Shown here piece by piece: positions 27,214 to 36,209 of a stretch of 64,000 bases of DNA. The DNA is taken from the sequence record MZ189262.1. One strand, 5' to 3'. Every line of letters starts with the position of its first letter. Position 1 is the stretch's first letter. The translations under genes were made by a program, and so were the position numbers. Source of the stretch: Escherichia phage W143. Under the pieces are notes generated by a model. It saw only the letters and a program-made list of their open reading frames with translations, had not been told where the DNA came from and searched no databases.

Positions 27214-27492
27214 TTATTCTTTAAATCTAATCAATTTATTCATAGACTTTGTAACTTCTGCACGAACCTCATGTAGGTTTTTGAGCTGTTCAAGACGCTG
27301 CTCATAGTAAGCAATTTCATCTTCTTCGAGACAGTCCTGTGAATCTTCTTTAAGATAACGTGCGTAGTCCTGGAAAGCTTTACGGACTACTTCTTGGAAG
27401 TCATCAAGGCTTTGAATTTTCTTAGGAGCGACAGATACACGACGAGGGGCAGTATAATACTCATAACCAAACCCTGCGCTTAATTGGGCCAT
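27214..27492 (-). CDS. Hypothetical protein (92 aa)
   Basis: Track start is GTG 27534; ATG 27492 with SD GAGGAA and TAATG overlap with upstream stop. Confidence 0.45.
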   Translation of the reverse strand: MAQLSAGFGYEYYTAPRRVSVAPKKIQSLDDFQEVVRKAFQDYARYLKEDSQDCLEEDEIAYYEQRLEQLKNLHEVRAEVTKSMNKLIRFKE

Positions 27493-27758
27493 TAATATTT
27501 TTCCTCTGGTTGGAACACAGCACGACAAGCCCACATACTGGCTTCTTTGAGTTTCGTTTTAGCAATAGTTAACTGATCAAGACTTTCAGCATAATTCTTC
27601 GCGAATTCACAGTCTTCACAATTATCTAGTGCTTCCCAGAATTCATCATATAAAGCATCAAAGATAAGTCCTAAACGAACTTCAGCATCTTTGATAGCAT
27701 TCACTTTACCGATTTTCTCTTCAGTATGTGGCTTATAACCCTTAATATCTTCAATCAT
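27492..27758 (-). CDS. Hypothetical acidic protein (88 aa)
   Basis: ORF. Confidence 0.45.
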   Translation of the reverse strand: MIEDIKGYKPHTEEKIGKVNAIKDAEVRLGLIFDALYDEFWEALDNCEDCEFAKNYAESLDQLTIAKTKLKEASMWACRAVFQPEEKY

Positions 27759-27972
27759 ATTTTACTTCCTCACCAGTACCTAAATCATATTCAACTAAAC
27801 GAATAGGTTCATGAATGCCATATCCCTGAACAGAAATTTCTGTCGTAGGATAAATTCCATCAATATCACCCATATTCCATGCTTCATTAAATTGCTGTTC
27901 GCCTGAATTACTAAACCATTCGGCGAAAGCATTTAGCACATCTTCAGAACCTTCAATAATTATCTTTGCCAT
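27751..27972 (-). CDS. Hypothetical protein (73 aa)
   Basis: ORF. Confidence 0.45.
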   Translation of the reverse strand: MAKIIIEGSEDVLNAFAEWFSNSGEQQFNEAWNMGDIDGIYPTTEISVQGYGIHEPIRLVEYDLGTGEEVKYD

Positions 27973-28346
27973 TACAGACTCTCGGTAAAGGTACGAGCGA
28001 TAACGTCGCGCTGCTGTTCCGGAGTCAGAGAGTTAAAGCGAACTGCATAACCGGATACACGGATGGTCAGCTGCGGATATTTTTCCGGATGCTTAACTGC
28101 ATCTTCCAGAGTTTCACGACGCAGAACGTTTACGTTCAGGTGTTGACCACCTTCAATTTTAACTGTAGGTTGTGTTTCAATTTCAATTTCACGGGCATGT
28201 AAACCGTAGAAAATTTCTGGGTCTACAAAAGAGTCCTCTTTAAAGGTTTTAGAGACAATAATTCGTGCTTGAATACCGTCTTCAAAATAAATAGTACCTT
28301 TATGTGTGCCTTCAAGAATTTGATATGCTTTCATATAACCTCTCAA
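27972..28346 (-). CDS. Autonomous glycyl-radical cofactor, GrcA/YfiD-like (T4 Y06I-like)
   Basis: C-terminal glycyl-radical motif [25 protein letters not shown]; coding DNA for the C-terminal half is visibly GC-rich relative to its surroundings. Confidence 0.85.
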   Translation of the reverse strand: MRGYMKAYQILEGTHKGTIYFEDGIQARIIVSKTFKEDSFVDPEIFYGLHAREIEIETQPTVKIEGGQHLNVNVLRRETLEDAVKHPEKYPQLTIRVSGYAVRFNSLTPEQQRDVIARTFTESL

Positions 28347-28672
28347 TTAGAAAATAAATTTATCCAAGATTGCTCTTTAATTAAAAATGGCTCAGAATCA
28401 TATGCCATTAAACTTTGGGTAATTAGTCCTTTAAAAGGCCCATCAATAAATTCCATGGTAAAATATGGAATTTTATTCATTAATCTTGCATTAGGAGCAG
28501 TGCACAAAACTCTGCATCCTTTGAATACGCCTTTTTGTAATTTGTATTGCTTAGGATAAAATTCGCTCAAGACGTTGTTATTTGCCAAAATTTCAAAATG
28601 ATTCACCAATTTATTTTTAATAGTTTTTGGCGAAAAATAAAGATATTCGAAAAGTTGCGTGTCTGTCATCAT
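28343..28672 (-). CDS. Hypothetical protein (109 aa)
   Basis: ATG 28672 forms an ATGA overlap with the upstream stop. Confidence 0.45.
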   Translation of the reverse strand: MMTDTQLFEYLYFSPKTIKNKLVNHFEILANNNVLSEFYPKQYKLQKGVFKGCRVLCTAPNARLMNKIPYFTMEFIDGPFKGLITQSLMAYDSEPFLIKEQSWINLFSN

Positions 28673-29208
28673 TGCATTCCGATTACGAAAAACTGCGGAC
28701 GAGTAATACCACCAATGCAACAATTACTATTGCAGCAGTGTTGTACAGTGTCAATATGGACGCTATAAATCTTATCCATATCAGGAGATTTAACAGGCTC
28801 ATCGATTATATACAAAATCCGCGAAAGCGATAAACCTCTGAACTTGCTTCCTTTATTACCGATAAAACTACGGACAGAATCGGTAAATAAACGAAAACGT
28901 ATATCATCATTAGAATAACGCGAAAATTCCTTTTTAATGTTATTTGCAGAAATTTTAGCGTAAGCTGAAGTATTAGAAAGAACAATAACTGTTCCACCGT
29001 CATACAACCAATTAGCGGCAAAATTAGTTACTGCAGTTGATTTACCGGATTGACGTCCACCATCTAGTCGAAGTGTGCAATACTGCTTAAGTAAGTCTTC
29101 AAATGGCGGGATATATTCGTTTTTACAAATTTCTTCTACTCTAGCATCAGAATGGTGTGTAAAAGCATTCATCAGGGATAGATAAGGACCAGTTAAAAAT
29201 GTTCTCAT
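28669..29208 (-). CDS. Small P-loop NTPase-like protein (179 aa)
   Basis: Walker A GGRQSGKST and Walker B-like ILYIIDE; ATG 29208 follows GAGAGAATAAA. Confidence 0.5.
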   Translation of the reverse strand: MRTFLTGPYLSLMNAFTHHSDARVEEICKNEYIPPFEDLLKQYCTLRLDGGRQSGKSTAVTNFAANWLYDGGTVIVLSNTSAYAKISANNIKKEFSRYSNDDIRFRLFTDSVRSFIGNKGSKFRGLSLSRILYIIDEPVKSPDMDKIYSVHIDTVQHCCNSNCCIGGITRPQFFVIGMQ

Positions 29209-29223
29209 TTTATTCTCTCTAAA

Positions 29224-29300
29224 TTTGGGCCATTCCATGGCGCATGAATTGTCCATTTCTGTATTTACCCATTACCGCACTTGGGCTCGACCTTATTACA
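29224..29300 (-). repeat. Intergenic repeat copy 1 (homologous to 29821-29895)
   Basis: 40-nt core about 90 percent identical between copies by hand alignment. Confidence 0.55.
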
Positions 29301-29411
29301 GGTTGGCGGGAATCCCTCACAGAATCATGAGGTCCAGCTTGTTCCCATGTTATTTGAATGTAAATATTTTTGCCTTAATACTTATACCAGTGTGGCTTCA
29401 TTAAAATTTTT

Positions 29412-29478
29412 TCATCGAGTCATTTTACCTCTCCAAGTAATTATGAATATACTATCACAATTTTAGGAGAAAGTAAAC
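29412..29478 (-). other. denV-like promoter-leader-start remnant followed by a 3-codon ORF
   Basis: GTTTAC-N18-TAGTAT (29449-29478) then leader and ATGACTCG aligning with the denV promoter/leader/start at 31558-31615; reading frame stops after three codons. Confidence 0.5.
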
Positions 29479-29480
29479 TA

Positions 29481-29783
29481 TTATTTACCTTTAATTACTT
29501 TAGCTGCTTCGATAGCCGCTTGCTGAAGGTCATCCATAGACATACCGAATTTAGAAGCAAAGTTATCAATTTTCTTTTCGACAGCATTCAAAGGCTTGGC
29601 CTGTTTACCTTCATTAGCGCCAGGAAGAGCGAGAATACGTTCTTTGTCAATATAAAGGCTTACAAGTTTCTTACGGTCTTTATCGGACAAATCATGAAAT
29701 GAATGGGCCTTTTTATTTATAGCGGCTTCTAATTTACCTGCACTCACTCGCGCTTCAGTAATAAATTCTTGATATGTTTTCAT
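29481..29783 (-). CDS. ipII: Internal protein II
   Basis: 100 aa; capsid-targeting leader MKTYQEFITE|A; SD AAGGAA. Confidence 0.8.
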   Translation of the reverse strand: MKTYQEFITEARVSAGKLEAAINKKAHSFHDLSDKDRKKLVSLYIDKERILALPGANEGKQAKPLNAVEKKIDNFASKFGMSMDDLQQAAIEAAKVIKGK

Positions 29784-29820
29784 ATGTTTCCTTTAAATGT
29801 AAATAGTTTTATTCTTTAAG

Positions 29821-29895
29821 TTTGGGACAATTCGCACGCATGAATTGTCCGTTTCTATATTTATCTATTACCGGGTTCGAACTCGGCTTTATTAA
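29821..29895 (-). repeat. Intergenic repeat copy 2 with 9-bp hairpin GGACAATTC/GAATTGTCC
   Basis: Hairpin at 29824-29849; lies between the ipIII stop and ipII start. Confidence 0.55.
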
Positions 29896-30473
29896 GAATT
29901 ACCACGGGCTGCATTAGCAACGGCGTAAGCGTACTGAACATTAGCGTCTTTAAACGTACCTTTAGAGGTATCTAGTTCTGCCTTAAAGCCGCCTTTAGCC
30001 ATAACATCGGCAAATTCTTTACGGAAAGCCATTGCATCAAGACCTTTCCATGATGATTTGTGCTTAGCGAATTCAAGACCAGCGTAGTTGACAGCTTTAG
30101 CCAATTTATTATCAATGACCCATTTACCGGCTTTAGGCACAAACTTCGGGCCTTTTTGTTTAGAGAACAGTTTTAAATTCCAGCGACGAAGATCACTGTC
30201 GGCTTTAACAAAAGCTGCGTCTAAGTTACTAGCAACAACATCTTCAATATGAGCAAATTTAAGTCCGTCAACTTCAATATTTAAATCGGTACGCCAGCGA
30301 AGTCCTTCCCAAGCGAAAGCTTTAAAATCGGAAGCTTTTGTAGCTAAGTATCGTTCAATAGGGGCTGTTTTAGGGTCAAAGCCGTTTCCACCACGATAGT
30401 TCCACTCGTCCTTATTAATGCCTTTGGCCTTTACTACAGAAGCTTCAGCAATAAATTCTTGATACGTTTTCAT
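29892..30473 (-). CDS. ipIII: Internal protein III
   Basis: 193 aa; leader MKTYQEFIAE|A. Confidence 0.8.
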   Translation of the reverse strand: MKTYQEFIAEASVVKAKGINKDEWNYRGGNGFDPKTAPIERYLATKASDFKAFAWEGLRWRTDLNIEVDGLKFAHIEDVVASNLDAAFVKADSDLRRWNLKLFSKQKGPKFVPKAGKWVIDNKLAKAVNYAGLEFAKHKSSWKGLDAMAFRKEFADVMAKGGFKAELDTSKGTFKDANVQYAYAVANAARGNS

Positions 30474-30499
30474 TTTTGTTCCTATTGTTTTAATTCATG

Positions 30500-30814
30500 T
30501 TATTCTTTAGGGAAGTTTTTAGAGTATGCGTCATAAAGTTTATTACCGATGCGTCGGAAAACTCTAGCTGCAAAACGGTTTTCAGGGTTTTTAATCATGA
30601 TTTGCATCATGTAAGTTCCTGCATCCGAAAGAGCTTCTTCATAGTACCCATTAATTTCTTTAAGAGTCCTACGTTTACCACCAGGACCATCAACAGTAAT
30701 TTTCCATTTACCTGTAGAAGTGCGGCTCGGTGGCTCAACTTGTTCAATCCAAATATAACCACCTTCAACGCGTTGGTTGGCGGATTCTGCAATAAATTCT
30801 TTATACGTTTTCAT
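30500..30814 (-). CDS. Internal-protein-like capsid-targeted protein (104 aa)
   Basis: Leader MKTYKEFIAE|S; body not recognisable to me as IPI, IPII or IPIII. Confidence 0.65.
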   Translation of the reverse strand: MKTYKEFIAESANQRVEGGYIWIEQVEPPSRTSTGKWKITVDGPGGKRRTLKEINGYYEEALSDAGTYMMQIMIKNPENRFAARVFRRIGNKLYDAYSKNFPKE

Positions 30815-30844
30815 TTTTGTTTCCTTGTTTGTTTTGATAGAGTA

Positions 30845-30874
30845 ATTATACCATATTAATACTTAAGCGTAAAC
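30845..30874 (-). promoter_or_regulatory. Early promoter GTTTAC-N18-TATAAT upstream of the ip-like gene
   Basis: -35 at 30869-30874, -10 at 30845-30850. Confidence 0.55.
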
Positions 30875-30877
30875 CGT

Positions 30878-31138
30878 TTAAGCTTCACCGCCAGAAATAA
30901 TTCCGAAGTTGTTAAAATCGTATCCAATATCGTCAACATCTACTTTAGGACTTGCAGCAACATAAGCAATTTCACTACGTTTTGCATAGGTGTTGATTTC
31001 TTTACCATCACCACCTAAGAAAAAATACCCATTACGTTTTAATGAGCCAAAGTCTTCCGCATCACCAATGAAAGCTTTAACTTTAAATTTAGGACCTTTG
31101 GCATCTGCTTCAGCGATAAATTCTTGATACATTTTCAT
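30878..31138 (-). CDS. Internal-protein-like capsid-targeted protein (86 aa)
   Basis: Leader MKMYQEFIAE|A; divergent body. Confidence 0.65.
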   Translation of the reverse strand: MKMYQEFIAEADAKGPKFKVKAFIGDAEDFGSLKRNGYFFLGGDGKEINTYAKRSEIAYVAASPKVDVDDIGYDFNNFGIISGGEA

Positions 31139-31144
31139 TTTTCC

Positions 31145-31558
31145 TTAGTAAATTGATTTACCATAGTATTTGTACCAAGTAGGGCGTTGAGCAATTTTTT
31201 CATCTAAGCGAGCTTGACTTATCGCAATGGACGCTTCGGACGGGACATAATTATTACGAAATTCGACAGGGATGTCGGAAATATCCTGGACAGTCGTGTC
31301 CTTGATTTTGAAACCACGTTTCAAGCATTCAGCGATTAGCTCGATTTGACGTAAACGTAAAAATTCTAGTTTGTCGTAAAAGAATGTTACGTGACCTGTG
31401 CCTAAGATAAATGTTGGAGAGATTTTAAAATCCTTTACACGTTTACCGTTTTGAACATGTTTACGGACTGCACCAAATACGCGTGGTAATTCACGATACT
31501 CAGCCATAAGATGTTGGTCGGTCAGTTCAGAAACAAGTGTTAAATTGATACGAGTCAT
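31145..31558 (-). CDS. denV: Endonuclease V (pyrimidine-dimer DNA glycosylase)
   Basis: Track start is TTG 31570; ATG 31558 gives 137 aa starting [12 protein letters not shown], matching my recollection of T4 endonuclease V. Confidence 0.9.
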   Translation of the reverse strand: MTRINLTLVSELTDQHLMAEYRELPRVFGAVRKHVQNGKRVKDFKISPTFILGTGHVTFFYDKLEFLRLRQIELIAECLKRGFKIKDTTVQDISDIPVEFRNNYVPSEASIAISQARLDEKIAQRPTWYKYYGKSIY

Positions 31559-31585
31559 AATTTCCTCCAAGTAGTCGATGAATGT

Positions 31586-31615
31586 ATAGTATCAAAACCC
31601 TTGGAGGAAGTAAAC
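31586..31615 (-). promoter_or_regulatory. Early promoter GTTTAC-N18-TACTAT for denV
   Basis: -35 at 31610-31615, -10 at 31586-31591. Confidence 0.55.
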
Positions 31616-31617
31616 AA

Positions 31618-32420
<803 letters not shown>

Positions 32421-32876
32421 TTAAAAGAGGCTGTTCATTATTCGGTAAAGTGAAGGACCCATCACATATTGCCACTGGGTACGAGGAATAAGAGCAAAAG
32501 CGTCCATCTCTGGAATCATAACGCCATCTTTATTTTCAAAATAAGACTCGCAATGGCAATTTCTAAACATCTCATGCTCTACTGGAATCGTATAATAAAA
32601 TAACTGTAAGTCTTTATTACTAGAATATTTAAATACACCTAGGTCTTCTAGAAGGTCTGGATTATAATTGCTAAAACCAGTCTCTTCTAAACATTCTCTT
32701 CGTGCTGCATCTAATGCGCTTAAATCAGAATTTTCTACACGGCCCTTTGGAATATCCCAGCGATGTGCCATCATTCCAGGCTTACGAGAACCAGTAACCC
32801 GACCCATAAATAAATCTTTATCTTCTGTCATAAAGATAATACCAGCTGATAATGTTTTCATTTTAATTTCCTGCAT
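32421..32876 (-). CDS. nudE: Nudix hydrolase NudE
   Basis: 151 aa; Nudix box GRVENSDLSALDAARRECLEETGF. Confidence 0.8.
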   Translation of the reverse strand: MQEIKMKTLSAGIIFMTEDKDLFMGRVTGSRKPGMMAHRWDIPKGRVENSDLSALDAARRECLEETGFSNYNPDLLEDLGVFKYSSNKDLQLFYYTIPVEHEMFRNCHCESYFENKDGVMIPEMDAFALIPRTQWQYVMGPSLYRIMNSLF

Positions 32877-33346
32877 TCAGTGATAAAGTTATTTAAATTT
32901 TGAGTATATTTCTTTTCATCAAAAATCTTTTGTTGTCTGCGTAGCCGCCATGGCATTTCAATGAACGTGTACCATATCCCAGATAATATTGCTGCTGTAA
33001 AAATATTAACAAGTATGGTTAAAAGAATCCAATCTCCTATTCTGTCCATTGGATTTTTTATAAAAAAGTAAAATACGAATGATGTCACAGGAAGACTAAT
33101 AATATACCACAAAATCATAATTTTATCTGTGAACCAATCAGCGTTCGTTAATTTAGCGCGACCATTATGAATACACACGAATTTATCATCTGTTGCGGTA
33201 GATGGCTTAACTGGTTGATATCCCATTCTAAACTCCCTAATCAGCAAATTTTTCATATCTTCGGAACAGCCATTCCAGTCAACTCTATCAACTGGAATGC
33301 CATCATCCCCATCATCTAAATCATACCAGCGAGTTTTTAAAATCAT
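32858..33346 (-). CDS. Membrane protein with conserved C-terminal FxxECRK motif (162 aa)
   Basis: Two hydrophobic helices; C-terminus NNFITECRKLK. Confidence 0.5.
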   Translation of the reverse strand: MILKTRWYDLDDGDDGIPVDRVDWNGCSEDMKNLLIREFRMGYQPVKPSTATDDKFVCIHNGRAKLTNADWFTDKIMILWYIISLPVTSFVFYFFIKNPMDRIGDWILLTILVNIFTAAILSGIWYTFIEMPWRLRRQQKIFDEKKYTQNLNNFITECRKLK

Positions 33347-33705
33347 CTGATTTTCCTACAATCACTCACAAACTCTTTCATTGATTCATTTTCAATATAA
33401 GACATGTAGCTATTATATTCTTTTAATTGTATTTTGTAATCCTTTTTTCTTTGCCAATTTATTTTAAAATTATCATAATGAAAATATAGAATGATACAAA
33501 AGAATGAAAATAATGAAATAATTTTAGTATAGCGAAGTTCACTCCAAACTTCTATTATATTTACTGTGCCATCGATGTTTAAAATAAGACAGTCAATTAA
33601 CAATCCAAAAAGACTACCCGCAAGAGCTGCAGCCAACGCCACAGCAAAAATTAAAAATGACTCAGGAAGCGAATATTTGACTTTATTTAGTTTTGGCTTT
33701 TGCAT
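33343..33705 (-). CDS. Membrane protein with conserved C-terminal motif (120 aa)
   Basis: Two hydrophobic helices; C-terminus KEFVSDCRKIR. Confidence 0.5.
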   Translation of the reverse strand: MQKPKLNKVKYSLPESFLIFAVALAAALAGSLFGLLIDCLILNIDGTVNIIEVWSELRYTKIISLFSFFCIILYFHYDNFKINWQRKKDYKIQLKEYNSYMSYIENESMKEFVSDCRKIR

Positions 33706-34100
33706 CGTGATTCCTTAACAAATTTCATAATTTCATCAAATTCATACGCAGCAAGTTTAAGCTGATATTCCTTTTTAATCTTTTTACACTGTGCTTTCCA
33801 ATCACGTACGCGTTTACGATAATGCCTTCCTTGATACCAGTATCCTACCCAATTTACAGGTACTAATAAAAATGGAACTATTAATGGAAGAATTAGCATT
33901 AATACAAGTATTTCGCCAGAATCAATATCAGTCATAACATCTAAAACACCTCCAATAATCAATAGAATTACAAATGATATGAGTATAACAGGACCTATTA
34001 ATACATCAGTAGAAATTAGCTGGCGCTTTAATTCATACTTCAAAGGTTTACTTGGAAGGTATAGTGATGGCTTTGACATATTCTCTACATTCCTTAACAA
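33687..34100 (-). CDS. Membrane protein with conserved C-terminal motif (137 aa)
   Basis: Two hydrophobic helices; C-terminus MKFVKESRCKS; start may be the internal ATG at 34079. Confidence 0.5.
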   Translation of the reverse strand: MLRNVENMSKPSLYLPSKPLKYELKRQLISTDVLIGPVILISFVILLIIGGVLDVMTDIDSGEILVLMLILPLIVPFLLVPVNWVGYWYQGRHYRKRVRDWKAQCKKIKKEYQLKLAAYEFDEIMKFVKESRCKSQN

Positions 34101-34656
34101 ATTTTTCTAGTAATAAATCGCTTTCAAAATTAGGATTTTTCACGAATTTATCAAAAAGATCATCAATAATAGTCAAGATATTCTTTTTACTAAGAATACG
34201 CTTATTTTCATATTTTGTTTCAGAGTCAACTATAAGAGTAAAGAAATATTTCTTTCCCTGAAATTTTACCGTAGTATCAATATAAAATAAATTTGACTTT
34301 TGTAAATTACGCTTAAACCATGCGTCACTTAAACTATAAACGCCAAGATAATCATAATCGTCGTTTAAATAACAAACTGTCCATTCAGGAGAAATGAAAT
34401 CAGTAAATTCAACATCAAAATCACATGTCAATGAATGAATTGATTCAATACTTTTAATGAGTATTCCAGGGCGTATTAAAGACTTTTTACCTCTATAAAG
34501 TCTTCCAGAAAGACTTTCATCAGTTTCATACGAAGAGCCCCAATAGTAATTACGTCCTTCTGCCATACGTTTAAGAGCATTTAGTAATTGGTCTGGAACA
34601 TCAACTTGTCTTTGGAACTCTTCAAACATTGAATTGAAATCATTTTGCATTCTCAT
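34048..34656 (-). CDS. Hypothetical protein (202 aa) carrying the same C-terminal motif
   Basis: C-terminus EKFVKECREYV; no hydrophobic helices. Confidence 0.5.
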   Translation of the reverse strand: MRMQNDFNSMFEEFQRQVDVPDQLLNALKRMAEGRNYYWGSSYETDESLSGRLYRGKKSLIRPGILIKSIESIHSLTCDFDVEFTDFISPEWTVCYLNDDYDYLGVYSLSDAWFKRNLQKSNLFYIDTTVKFQGKKYFFTLIVDSETKYENKRILSKKNILTIIDDLFDKFVKNPNFESDLLLEKFVKECREYVKAITIPSK

Positions 34657-34677
34657 TCCTATTTACTCCAAGTAATA

Positions 34678-34691
34678 GGGGCCGAAGCCCC
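34678..34691 (-). other. GGGGC-UUCG-GCCCC hairpin just past the stop of the 197-aa gene
   Basis: Inverted repeat read from sequence; no U-run, so probably a stability element rather than a terminator. Confidence 0.35.
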
Positions 34692-34697
34692 TTATCA

Positions 34698-35291
34698 TTA
34701 TTTCAAAGAATTAATATATTCCTGGACATCGGCAGAGGTAGTTTCAACCCCAGAAATATTGCCATTAAAGGTTTCAACTCGAGCAAGAGTATCTTCAATA
34801 TCAACCTTAGTCAGTGCTGCAATTTCAACTACATCATCGGCAGTACTAATTCCAAGAGCATTTGCCGCACGAGTTTCACGGATATATTCCAATTTAACTG
34901 CAAGTTCTTGGCGAGCATCATCTAACTCAACTACTTTCTTGGCGATTTCAATTCGCATTTCAGCATAACCATCAGCTTTAGTAGTCAACTGCTCAGCTGT
35001 TCGACGATATAGTAAACCGAGTTTAGCGTGCATTGTTACATCTTGACCTTCGGAAAGAAGTTTACGAATTTCACGCTCTTTTGATTCGGCTTGTCGATTC
35101 TTTTCGATAACAAGTTCACGAATACGTTTTTCTTCATTAATAGATTTAACAGAAGCAGTTTTTAGGTCTTTAATTTTATCAAGCAGTTTTGCTGCTGCAG
35201 CAGTATACTGTTCTTCAACAGATAGATTTTTAGCCATAGCAGAACCAAGTTTAGTGCGAATAAACTCAACAATTTTCTTCAGTGTGTTCAT
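34698..35291 (-). CDS. Hypothetical coiled-coil protein (197 aa)
   Basis: Predominantly helical, heptad-rich; weak resemblance to PspA/IM30 architecture, not established. Confidence 0.5.
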   Translation of the reverse strand: MNTLKKIVEFIRTKLGSAMAKNLSVEEQYTAAAAKLLDKIKDLKTASVKSINEEKRIRELVIEKNRQAESKEREIRKLLSEGQDVTMHAKLGLLYRRTAEQLTTKADGYAEMRIEIAKKVVELDDARQELAVKLEYIRETRAANALGISTADDVVEIAALTKVDIEDTLARVETFNGNISGVETTSADVQEYINSLK

Positions 35292-35334
35292 AGTATTTCC
35301 TTAGGTTGATTAAGATTTAAAATCCGTGGGAGTA

Positions 35335-35511
35335 TTATACTCCAAAGAGTTTATAAACTATTTTAACATCTCCTTTTGCTGCTTTATAGCCTTCAGCCCA
35401 AGATACAACCGAGTTTTTATCTGAAGATTCAAAATCAGGCATTGGACTTTCATCAATGTTCACACAGTATGTTTCTTCATTTTCGTCAAACCAAATAGTT
35501 AAAATAGTCAT
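35335..35511 (-). CDS. Small ORF (58 aa), not in the ORF track
   Basis: ATG 35511 with SD GGAGAAATAA; hand-translated with no internal stop. Confidence 0.35.
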   Translation of the reverse strand: MTILTIWFDENEETYCVNIDESPMPDFESSDKNSVVSWAEGYKAAKGDVKIVYKLFGV

Positions 35512-35547
35512 TTATTTCTCCGCTTCTGTGATTGTTTTGATAAATCT

Positions 35548-35577
35548 ATAATAACACCGTCCTTGGCGTTTGTACAC
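35548..35577 (-). promoter_or_regulatory. Early-type promoter GTGTAC-N18-TATTAT
   Basis: Same architecture as the GTTTAC family, placed directly after the upstream stop. Confidence 0.4.
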
Positions 35578-35579
35578 AT

Positions 35580-35843
35580 TTATTTCATATTATTGAAATA
35601 TTCTTCTGCAATTTCATCATTATCATGGTAAACTTTAGAAGACAGTTTAACATAACCTTCTGCTGTGAACATGTTAATCACAACTTTTACAGTATACCAC
35701 TGACCGTCTTCATTACCCATTACTGCGTAAGTTTCAAACATCGGATGGTCAGGACCGATGACTTTAATATCATTCACTGTACGACCGAAATCTTCTGAAA
35801 CGCATTTCATAAAGAAGTTGAACAGTTCGCCGTAATTATCCAT
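35580..35843 (-). CDS. Hypothetical acidic protein (87 aa)
   Basis: Track start is TTG 35855; ATG 35843 follows GGAGAATGAA. Confidence 0.5.
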   Translation of the reverse strand: MDNYGELFNFFMKCVSEDFGRTVNDIKVIGPDHPMFETYAVMGNEDGQWYTVKVVINMFTAEGYVKLSSKVYHDNDEIAEEYFNNMK

Positions 35844-35886
35844 TTCATTCTCCAAGTTGTTTTCTGTATCAGTAGTTGATAGTTGT

Positions 35887-35916
35887 ATAGTACCATGGAA
35901 GAACAGGGATGTAAAC
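35887..35916 (-). promoter_or_regulatory. Early promoter GTTTACA-N17-TACTAT plus conserved leader
   Basis: -35 at 35911-35916, -10 at 35887-35892; nearly identical to the copies at 16441-16470 and 18580-18609. Confidence 0.55.
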
Positions 35917-36045
35917 AGTTTTGTGAAAAAATTTTTAAAAAGTTTTAGGGAATTCTAGGGCAGGGAGGGGCAATTAAAATGTAGGATAATATATTATAAA
36001 GGGTAGAAACTAAATGATGCCTAGAGAGGTCTTGAAAGGCCTAGA

Positions 36046-36077
36046 TACCAAAAAGCCCCAACCTTTTGGTCGGGGCT
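36046..36077 (-). terminator. Rho-independent terminator at the end of the tRNA/stable-RNA cluster
   Basis: 10-bp stem AGCCCCGACC/GGUUGGGGCU with AAAA loop and U5 on the minus-strand RNA; the single imperfect position is a G-U pair only on the minus strand. Confidence 0.55.
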
Positions 36078-36117
36078 AAGCCTTGTCGGGGTTCCACCTG
36101 CTAAGGCAAGTGTTTGT

Positions 36118-36209
36118 ACGAAACGCCGGGATTCGAACCCGGTTATTAAGCAGTTGACGCTACTTAATATTTTTAAAAGGCCATATCTCGACCATATCCG
36201 AACGTTCCG
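36118..36209 (-). ncRNA. tRNA-like stable RNA (candidate T4 species-RNA-type element)
   Basis: Canonical T-arm CCGGG-TTCGAAT-CCCGG and 7-bp acceptor-like pairing, but no canonical anticodon arm. Confidence 0.35.

Noticed and set aside
29871-29886. T-arm-like sequence CCGGGTTCGAACTCGG suggesting a plus-strand tRNA between ipIII and ipII
   Set aside because: No matching acceptor stem or anticodon arm could be built on either strand; the sequence is part of the intergenic repeat
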